Part shown: in pieces, positions 8,619 to 18,900 of the stretch
How the letters are laid out: every line of letters starts with the position of its first letter
Position numbering within the stretch: position 1 is the first letter of the stretch
Virus record (IMG/VR): IMGVR_UViG_3300005941_000003
Location: 124,001-188,000 of that record
Reading direction: 5' to 3' (one strand)
DNA: 64,000 nt
Notes under the pieces: model-generated
What the model was told of the DNA's origin: nothing
What the model saw: the letters and a program-made list of their open reading frames with translations, nothing else
The model's database searches: none
Position numbers and translations under genes: made by a program

Positions 8619-11600
8619 ATGGCACAAGAAAGAGTTGATACCCTATTCGCCAGTGAAAGTTGGACAGCAGTGTATACTGCGTACTCAAACGTAAGTTTAA
8701 AGGCTTACGACTTCGATACTATTAGAGAAGCATTGCTAATCTATATCAAAGAAACATATCCAGAAAAGTTCAATGACTTTGTATCAAGTTCTGAATTTAT
8801 TGCAATTCTTGACTTAGTTGCTTACTTAGGTCATTCACTTGCATTCCGCTTGGATATGAACACACGTGAAAACTTTCTTGATACCGCAGAGCGCCGTGAA
8901 AGCGTTCTACGTATGGCAAAGACACTGGGATACAACAAATCTCGTCCTGTAAACGCACAAGGTTTTCTAAAAATCACAAGTATCACAACTAACCAACCTA
9001 TCTATGATGGCGAGGGTAACTCTCTAGCAAATAGAACATTACGTTGGAACGATACAAATAATCTAGATTGGTATAGCAACTTTGTTACAGTTTTAAATTC
9101 AGTACTCTCTCCTGAAACAAAAGTTAACAACCCAGTTGCATCAATCACCCGTGATGGCATCGAAACACATTTACATTACATCAATGAAGATCCAGTATCT
9201 AAAGCGGTACGATATTCATTTTCTGCAAATGTTGGTGGAGCTTCTAGAAATTTTGATGTGGTAGGCTCAATCACTGATGGTGATACTATCATAGAACGTG
9301 AACCTGGATCAAAAGACGCATTCACTGTTGTAAACAGAAATGACAACTTAGGCCCATCATCAGATAGAACTGGATTTTTCTTCCTAGCTAAAGCAGGCAA
9401 TCTAAAATATACAGATTTAAATTACGATGTGAAAATACCAAATCGCATTCAACAGGTGTTGGAAAATGATATTTCTAACAATGATGTTTGGCTACAGCGC
9501 ATTGACACTGATGGTAAATTCATTAACACTGTTACGCTAGTTGACAACAATAGCCGTGAAACTGCTATTTTCAACAGTTTACGAAACGGAAACGGTGATA
9601 TTGTAAACGTAACTACTGCGGCAAACAACACAATAGATTTGACATTCCCCGATGGTGTATTTGGAAATGCAGCATATGGTAGATATCGTCTATGGTATCG
9701 TATTGCTGATAATGCAAGTTTTAGTGTCAACCGCGGCGACATTATCAATAAATCTATTACTATACCTTACCTAGGTGCAGATGGTAAATCATATCGTGCA
9801 ACATTTACACTAAGCAGCACTCGTGACTTCACAGAAAACTACGAAGGCGAGAACTACCTAAGCGTGAAGCGCGTTGCTCCTCGTAACTACTATACACAAG
9901 ATCGTATGGTTAACGGTCAGGACTACAACATTCTTCCTTTAACGATGGGGTCTGGTATTGTATCAAAAGTAAAAGCATTCAATACTACATTTGCTGGGAA
10001 ATCACGCCACTTTGAAATGGACGATGTTACAGGTCATCACAGTAACGTCAGCGTCATTGGTGACGATGGTTCAGTGTACGTTGACGACAGATTAACACGC
10101 GTTGTAATCCCTTATCAATCAAACAATGGAAATATCGATGACATAATCAGAAATGAATTTTCAAAAGTTCTTAAACATCCATCGATGGTTAACAAGTATT
10201 ATTATACATACAAAGATACTATAACAACAACATTTACTAATATTGATTGGTTGAGAGTGACTTCCAACCCACTACGCGGCTACCCAGAAGAACAGGGCGC
10301 TGAAGGTGAAACATGGGATGGTGCAGCAAACATAACAGATCGAGATTTCCTACAGATCGGCGGCAAATGGTACAAAGTTGTAACCGTTCATTCGGATGGA
10401 ACATTCACATTGGATTCTATACCTCCTGCAGGTGTTCTACTAGAAAAAAGAATAGTAGGACCCACATATGTATTCCTAGATGAGCATGTGGAAATCATTA
10501 AAAATACCGTTCTAGATGAAACTACAATCACATCATTCCAAATTTTCTACAACTATGACATTACATCTGATCAAGGTATATGGGAACTATATGATGCAGC
10601 ATATGCAATAGAATTCCCGTCACCTGAATTGATATTAGATGTAACATATAAACCTGGATACAGAAACATCAATTCTGAATTTATCATCACATTTACTGGT
10701 ACTGATATTATTCTTGACAGTGCTAATAATGTTAAATTCTATTACAGTAACGGTGATATAGTAATTGATAATAAAACAAACTTAATTAACCGAGACAAAG
10801 TTTCCATTTCTTACTTTGGATCGTCTACATCTGGGTCTGGTGCAACATCGGAAACAACTACTGACGTTATGAACATTGGTACTGGTATCATCGCTATGGA
10901 TGGTGAATTGGCACCATCGTATGACCCCGTTTCAAACACTATAGAATTCCATGTAGATTTTAGTTATTTTGATGCTCCAGAATCTTACAATTTTATTAAT
11001 GATAATGTGTTTATAACTGCGACACAGTATCATCATAAATTAATTTCACCAATTGGGGATGTTATTGAATTTTCTCATGATCAAAACGCGCCTATTGGTT
11101 ACGACCCGGATTGGACTATAGATGGTGTACTTACTAATGCATCTTCTGTTATTTCTGGAACAACGGCTGTTGCAGAAAATGAAAATATCGATGCAACGCT
11201 TACTACAGATCCAAATACATACACATATAGCATTGGTAACATTTTTATTCAAGGTGACCCTGCTGACATCGGTGATGTTGGTAACGTAACAGACGCATAC
11301 GCGACATTATCATCTGATTCATTTGCCACTGCTGGTTTTAAAGGATCTCCTTCGACTAGTTATTTTGTCGAAGCACGCGACACTGGTAAATTCTTTTTTG
11401 TTGATAACAGTTCACTAGATCCATCAGTCACACTAGACACAGTTGTGTCAACTGACATTGGTGTAGAAAAAAGTTACATTATTTCTTATGAACCTGGCAT
11501 TGGCACATACACATTCACATTTGGTGCAAACTCAGTAGTTGCTCCATATGAAAATGATATATATTACAAACAGTTTGCACTTGGTGAAACACTATTTTTC

Positions 11601-12926
11601 TATGCAGGCGGAGACCTTTCATACGATAACTTAGTAGTCAAAGATGATCTTGATAATGTGATATCAAATGCACATCTTGAATTTTTGACCCCAACTGAGA
11701 CCGGGTTAGAAAATACATATAAGATTATATATTGGACTGCACTAGTATCAGTTGGTGATACTATTTCTATTTTTAGAGGTGATTTGGGTATTACCGATCT
11801 TACTGGGGTTATGGTAAACGTAACTGCTGATACAAATATAATTACACCGACTGAAATAAGAACAAATTCATACTTGTCAACTTCTGCGTATGTGTATGGC
11901 AAATTTGTAACAAATGATGGTTATATTGATAATCACAAGATATTACTGACATCTGTTAATACAGATGGCGATCCTATGGGCACGTTTAATGCACTTGAAA
12001 ACGAACTATTAAGTTCATTTATTGTTCTCGAAACATATACAGATAGCAACATAGTTTATGAAAAAATATCACCTAGAGCAATCGCATGTGCAGAACATGT
12101 AGATAGCGTTCCTGGATTTATTAAACCAGAGTATACAACTGATACTGCTGTTCTTTGGTACAACACTACAACTGGTGAATGGTATAGATACATATCTGCT
12201 GCTGGTATCTGGACAACTGATTTTGTGCATGACATTAATTCAGATGGTGACTTAGTTGTTAACTATGTAATTTATCGTGCAGTTCACGGTAGATCATATT
12301 ATGTTGACGACCTAATGACATTCAAGTGGGACCACTATGCAGATAAAGAAAAACGTATTGATCCAAGTACAAGTAATATTATTGATGTTTACATTCTAAC
12401 AACAGATTATGTCAAGAATATCAACACATGGATTTCTAAGAACTTCTTAGGTAATATGCCAGTTCCGCCAAACAACTATGAGTTGACAAAACTAATGTCA
12501 AAGATAACAGAAAAGTCTGCTATCGGTGATCACGTAAGTTACATCCCAGCAAAGTTTAAATTCTTGTTTGGTAGTTCTGCACTTCCAGAAAATCAGGCAG
12601 TGTTTAAAGTAGTGAAACGTGTTGGTACAAACTTTACAGATAGTGAAGTTAAAGCAAGCGTATCGGCAAAAGTAAATGAATACTTTAAACTAGAAAACTG
12701 GGACTTCGGTGATACATTCTACTACTCAGAACTAGCAGCATACCTACACAAAGAACTAGGTGATAGAATTGCAAGTGTTGTTATTACTCCAAAATACAGC
12801 ACATCAACATATTCTAAGATGCTAAGTATTAGCAGTGAACCGAACGAAATATTCCTATCAGTAACATCTTCAAAAGATGTTCAAATCATTCAGTCAATAA
12901 CAGAAACAGACTTAACAGGTGAATAA
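8619..12926 (+). CDS. Baseplate wedge subunit gp6-like (large form)
   Basis: YDFDTIRE.L, LAFRLDMNTRENFLDTAERRESVLRMAKTLGY, FPDGVFG, TQDRMVNGQDY and WDFGDTFYYSEL motifs. Confidence 0.85.
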   Translation: MAQERVDTLFASESWTAVYTAYSNVSLKAYDFDTIREALLIYIKETYPEKFNDFVSSSEFIAILDLVAYLGHSLAFRLDMNTRENFLDTAERRESVLRMAKTLGYNKSRPVNAQGFLKITSITTNQPIYDGEGNSLANRTLRWNDTNNLDWYSNFVTVLNSVLSPETKVNNPVASITRDGIETHLHYINEDPVSKAVRYSFSANVGGASRNFDVVGSITDGDTIIEREPGSKDAFTVVNRNDNLGPSSDRTGFFFLAKAGNLKYTDLNYDVKIPNRIQQVLENDISNNDVWLQRIDTDGKFINTVTLVDNNSRETAIFNSLRNGNGDIVNVTTAANNTIDLTFPDGVFGNAAYGRYRLWYRIADNASFSVNRGDIINKSITIPYLGADGKSYRATFTLSSTRDFTENYEGENYLSVKRVAPRNYYTQDRMVNGQDYNILPLTMGSGIVSKVKAFNTTFAGKSRHFEMDDVTGHHSNVSVIGDDGSVYVDDRLTRVVIPYQSNNGNIDDIIRNEFSKVLKHPSMVNKYYYTYKDTITTTFTNIDWLRVTSNPLRGYPEEQGAEGETWDGAANITDRDFLQIGGKWYKVVTVHSDGTFTLDSIPPAGVLLEKRIVGPTYVFLDEHVEIIKNTVLDETTITSFQIFYNYDITSDQGIWELYDAAYAIEFPSPELILDVTYKPGYRNINSEFIITFTGTDIILDSANNVKFYYSNGDIVIDNKTNLINRDKVSISYFGSSTSGSGATSETTTDVMNIGTGIIAMDGELAPSYDPVSNTIEFHVDFSYFDAPESYNFINDNVFITATQYHHKLISPIGDVIEFSHDQNAPIGYDPDWTIDGVLTNASSVISGTTAVAENENIDATLTTDPNTYTYSIGNIFIQGDPADIGDVGNVTDAYATLSSDSFATAGFKGSPSTSYFVEARDTGKFFFVDNSSLDPSVTLDTVVSTDIGVEKSYIISYEPGIGTYTFTFGANSVVAPYENDIYYKQFALGETLFFYAGGDLSYDNLVVKDDLDNVISNAHLEFLTPTETGLENTYKIIYWTALVSVGDTISIFRGDLGITDLTGVMVNVTADTNIITPTEIRTNSYLSTSAYVYGKFVTNDGYIDNHKILLTSVNTDGDPMGTFNALENELLSSFIVLETYTDSNIVYEKISPRAIACAEHVDSVPGFIKPEYTTDTAVLWYNTTTGEWYRYISAAGIWTTDFVHDINSDGDLVVNYVIYRAVHGRSYYVDDLMTFKWDHYADKEKRIDPSTSNIIDVYILTTDYVKNINTWISKNFLGNMPVPPNNYELTKLMSKITEKSAIGDHVSYIPAKFKFLFGSSALPENQAVFKVVKRVGTNFTDSEVKASVSAKVNEYFKLENWDFGDTFYYSELAAYLHKELGDRIASVVITPKYSTSTYSKMLSISSEPNEIFLSVTSSKDVQIIQSITETDLTGE

Positions 12927-12928
12927 TA

Positions 12929-15900
12929 ATGGCAAATAAGATTTACGACTTTCTTCCAGCCCATTTGCAAAATAAAGAGCTAGAGACAATATTTGAAGCA
13001 ACACTTGAACGTGTATTTTCTAAAGGTAATATAGAAAAAACACGCGCATACGTTGGTAGAAAAGAAAAAGGGGTGTATAAGAAAGACGATGCATATCTTT
13101 CATACCCTACATTCTCGTACTCTAGAACGAATTATTCGCTTGAGCCAGTGTTTTCTAATGTGAGCATTAACGAGAATATTTTTTACGACGATTTAATAAA
13201 TTCTCTATACAATCATGGTTCGCTAACAAACGACCATAGACGGCTATTTCAATGTGATAGAAACACAGTAAACTTACCTATCGATATCGATAAGTTTGTG
13301 AACTGGAGTAGCTATTACTGGGTAAGTCCGCTATTTGCTCCAAATGAGAATATAAACGGTTCGGACATCAGAAGTTATGTTACTATTGATCGTATGGAGA
13401 CCCCAAACAACTGGTGGTCGTTCAATAACTCTTGGTATCATTACGATGACATTAAACATTTAATTGATGAAACAAATAGAAATGAACTTCATCAAGCACA
13501 AAGACCTATTATTGAGTTCGACAATAGGCTTTCACTTGATGATGAATCTTTGAACAAAGCGTTCGATTCTGTTGAAATAACTGAACCTAAGTTTTTGATA
13601 TTCGACAGTGAAAACAATTATATAACATCTGCAAAGATATTTTCATACGTAACAGGTGATTATGCATATGATTCTGAATTGGGTCTATATGCAAAATTGA
13701 GTGTTGGTGATTATGCAAGTGAGTATAACTATACAATAGATATTGATGTAGATGTTTTCTACAATGTAGATACTGTTGGGTTGACAAACATTTATATTCC
13801 AACAGAATTTAACTACAGAAACTACCGTCAAGAAGTGAGTGAAAACGCAATTTCATCTATTGAATTACTACATGAACCTATCGATACAAATAGTGTTGAT
13901 GTGTATTTCGACGGTATAAAACAGTATGGTAATTACTCGATTGTAAATGATATCGTTGTTTTCGACAATACAGTTGAAGACAAATTTGTTTATGTTGATT
14001 ATTGTACAAAGAATGAAGTTACTATTGAGGGTGCAGGTAATTATCAGCGTATTGACCCTGCAATAGAATTTAACCCAGATAACTCATATCACACTAATGT
14101 AGAACTAACATATTCTGTACTGTTTGAGCATTTTATTCGTATCATGGAAACTGTTCCGGGTATGGACGTAAATCCTGTTGGTCACAGTCCATTTAGAAAT
14201 CTAGGTGACAACAGTGACAAATTACGCTTCAACAATTACGGTAGTGTAATGGTTAGAACAAATACAGACACAAAGTTCGGATACTTCTGTGTCACAAAAG
14301 ATGACTACAACCCGTTCGATGCGATTGAAACACTATCATCTGCGTATAGTTCATATAAGAATAAGTTTGTTACACGTGTTCGCGAAATTCTGTCAGAAGC
14401 AGGAAGTGATTCAAAAACAGATTCAGAAATACTAGAACAAGCTATCACTAATATTATTGCACTTCAAGGTCGCCCGTTGATGTTTAAAGACATTAACATG
14501 ATAAATTTCGGTAAAGAATATGCACATTATGAAGAACAACCAGTTGACGTTGTTATAGGTTCCAGTGAGCAATTTACTCCTGAGTTCTCTAAACCAGTTG
14601 TTGATGAATACGACATTTATGTATATGTTAATGGCAAACTGCAAGTTTTACGAACAGACTATGTAATGTCAATCGGTAATACAACTGTCAATTTTACTAA
14701 CGGTTACGTTGGTCAGGTAGGAGACGAAATTACTGTAAGATATTATATCAATAGCGAAGACGTATACATACCGCCTAGCTCAACTAAACTAGGTTTAAAC
14801 CCTGCATATGTACCTATCATAGTGACAGACAATGAATATGAAAATTCAGTAGATTTTATTGTAGGACACGATGGTTCAAAAACACCTGTATGGGGTGATA
14901 GAACAGATTCGATTCTATTAGAATTTGAAATTCGTTGCTATAACAACGTCCAAGATAAGTCATTCAACTACATAGACTATCAACACTACGGTCCATTCGA
15001 ATGGGCAGACGATAGCTATACATTGAATGAAAAGAATTACATTATGTATCCGTTCTTCAAAAAATGGATGTTAAAAAACAATGTAGACAGTCTAGAAAAC
15101 GTATCATACGACCCCAATAACTGGAAGACATGGAATTATAAATTCGTCAATGATATCACTCCCGGTAACTGGAGAGGTATGTATAGATATGTATATGGTA
15201 CTGACAACTTATTGAATGAACCTTGGTTGGTATTGGGTGTAGCATCAAAGCCTGCAAATTTCGATTTGTTCTATGGTACAGATTATACAACTGAGCAATT
15301 TTGGACAGATATTCTAAATGATGCAGGAAAGACTGCGCCAATTCCAGTAGACGCTTCTGGTAATCTAAGAACACCAGAAGATTTGTTCTTTGGTGGAAAT
15401 CTGTCAACCGATGACATTTCAAATATGAATTTAGATTGGGAATTCGGTGACGGGTCTCCAGTAGAATTTGCATGGCTAAGAAGTAGTGAATTCCCATTCA
15501 TTGCATTCTTGCAGATGATGATTGAACATCCTTTTGAAGTGCTTGATCGTTATAATTCACAAGTTAAAAATGTAATAGCACTATATAACAAGTTCAAAGG
15601 TCTCGACACAGACACTATACTTGCTGATTTAGAAAACTATGAATTTAGACTTGGTTCTAAACTTGGCGGGTTTGTGAACAACTTAAAGTTGTATGCTGAA
15701 AACACAAGTATCGGTAACAGTAATTTCACTGAAATTCCAAGAGACAACTTTGATTTACTTGTACATAAAGGCGAGCCAAATAGAAGTGAATTCTTTAGTG
15801 CTATCGTTATCGAAAAAGTTTCAATTGATACACCACATCCGATTTATGACATAAATGATATACTGTCATACAATAAAGGTGATATTGTATTAAATTCAAA

Positions 15901-18900
15901 CGACAAAAAGTATTACAGACGTAAAGTAGAAACCCCAACACAAAAAGAAATTGATCAAACGATTAACTTTGACTACAATGCTTGGACGCTGATATCACAA
16001 CCTAAGACGCGTTCATTTGGTTACAGAATTCATGGGTATGATGACTTTAACCCAGTGTTCTACGCATTAGATTGGGACAAGACATCAGAGGCAAAATTAT
16101 ATGCTACTGATGGCGATCCGCTACCTATCAACGATTGGATTTCTGGTGTAGGGTATAAAAATTCAGAATACTCAATTTATAATGGTCAGGTTTATGTATG
16201 CTTAGAACAGCATACATCAAGTACAATATTCGACAATGATTTCAAATATTGGAAACAATTATCAAGTAGACCTAGAACAAATCAAGTATTTGCGAATGGT
16301 TATAGTAAAGTACAAAACGATCAAGTCAAAGTCTTTAATTATGGTGATATCCTAACATCACTAGATGATGTTGCACATCTAATGGTTGGCTATCAAGAAT
16401 ATCTAAAACTTGTTGGTTGGAACTTTACAGATGTTGACAGCGAAGACAGTTCAATCATTGATTACGAAACTTTACTTCTAAAGTTCTTAGACTGGTCAGC
16501 AGAAACACACCAACCTGGCGAATTTATAACTCTATCACCAATGATTATCACTGGTGAATTCTCTGCGCCATATGGTGTTGCAAGTGTAACAAAAGAAACT
16601 CATCAAAACTACTATCGTGTAGTTGATAACATGGGTAGACTAATACCTGATACTGCAATTAAGTTCTATACAGATGGCGAAGTACTTCGTTGGGAATCTA
16701 GTGTACCAGTGTATGGTATGAAGATTGATATTAGCGACTTTGAACATGCTATCATTGTTGATCGTGAAGATTCATATGGTGACACAATTTACGATCCGCT
16801 AATGCACAATAGAAACCTGCGTCTAATAATTGACTGTAATAGAACTACAGATTGGGACGGAACTATGACCACAGAGGGTTATCTGTTGTACGGAAACACG
16901 ATGGTTCCTAACTTTGAAACAATTATTGAAGATACACGAAACTATAGAGATACGCTAGTTGATCAGAATTTAGAAGTTGTTAACTTACTAAAGTCTAATC
17001 AGTATGGTAGCGCAACTAGAACATACTTAGACAATCATAAAGTTGAACCAGAGAGTCAGCTTGAATTCTATAAAGGATTCTTAGCAGCAAAGGGTAAAAA
17101 AGATAGTATTGATCGTTTAATTAACAAAAATTCAAATATTAATAAAGTCGAACAGTTTGGTGTTTGGGCACACAAGTATGCAGAATTTGGTAAAACAAAT
17201 AACACAATACATGCGAATGCAACTGTAAATGTGAAAGATATGAAATCTAACCCACATCTTATTGATTTTGGTGATGTTGAAAAACGTTTTGTCAAAACAT
17301 CTGAACCTTATACTGCAAACTTCAAAACAACAGGTTATGTTGACAGCAGTTTAGTGAATTACACTGTGTCTGGTGAAAGTGCGCTAGAAACATTAGATAA
17401 CACCTTAATCTTTGAGGGCGATCTAGCATGGATACAATTCGACCCAGAAAGAGATTGGGACGTTAAGCGTCTTGGGGAAATCGCTGAAATAGATTATGTA
17501 CGTGAAACTAGTGATGGTCAATTATGTGTAGCACTTACAAATAGTATTGATACTACAGATACCGTGTTCTTACGAATTAATGATTCAAATATAGACCCAG
17601 TTATTAATGGATATTATTACCTGATCGAAGAAGGAACAAGAGACATTTCTGGTCTGACAGTGTACGAATATCTTGTATTTGAAACAAACTATGAACCGGT
17701 TTCAATTGAAATCGATACAACTACTAGCGACTCTATATATGTGCCTACATCAAATAATATTGGTGTTGAAGCAATTGGTACAATTAGTTTCCCTCAATTT
17801 TTATCAGGTGATACATTACTAATTAATGGTACTTCGTACATATATGCGGATGCAGCAGCTACTGGATATATCTCAATTGTAGGTGCTGATACTGCTACAG
17901 ATCCGTTTGTTCAACCTGGAGACACAATGCGTGTTGCGGTGTACAGTAGTGTGACAACTATAGAAAACGCAAACACAAACATCACATTTACTGGTACCGT
18001 GGCTGATACGACATATCCTGTAACATCAGTATATGGAGATATTATAGTAATAGATGGGACACCAATAAGCATAGATTATAGTTCTACTCAGAGTATAACA
18101 GAAGTTTCTACTGCAACTGAGACCACTGTGATTTCTAATGGTAAGACTGTGATAGTTGACGGCAATACAGTTGCGTTTGCAAATATAGAAATATTGGGTA
18201 CTATTGTATCGCCGACAATCACATCCACAAAGGCACTAAACATAAACGGTACAAATATTACGTTCACTGTTGCAGACCCGTTAACACCGCTAACTGCACA
18301 AGAAATCGTTGACACGATTAATGCTTCCTCAACTGGTTTGAGTGCTACACTGAATGTTGATGACAAGATCGACGTGGTGTTCTCTGGTATGATTTTAGAA
18401 ATGTCAGGTACTGCAATTCAAGACATTGGATTGGGTACAGAAAATACACTACGAATTTCTAAATTACAAAACGTGGCATCAGAACTAAATGTAATCACAG
18501 GTATAACATCATACGTTGATGCAACAGGTCATCTGGTAATTGGTTCATCTCTATCACAAATGACACTTTCCGGCACAGCGTTAACATCATTGGGATTCGA
18601 AGCTGGTACTTATGAGTCAACAACTGATCCGAACAAGACAAGTATCGTGAACCAAATTAACAGTTCTGGAATACCTAACGTATCTGCGTCTGCTACTTCG
18701 GTCGGTGTTAGAATTACAAAAAATGGATCAGTTCTAACTGTGACTGAGGATTCTTCAACACCTGGTGCGATGACACGTTTAGGTTTCACCACATCATCAG
18801 TTGAAGTTGACGCCCTTGATTTGATTGTGGAACAGTTAAACAGTGTAATTTTTGAGAATGATACTAACATAGGTACTGCATTAGCGACAGTTGATCGTAG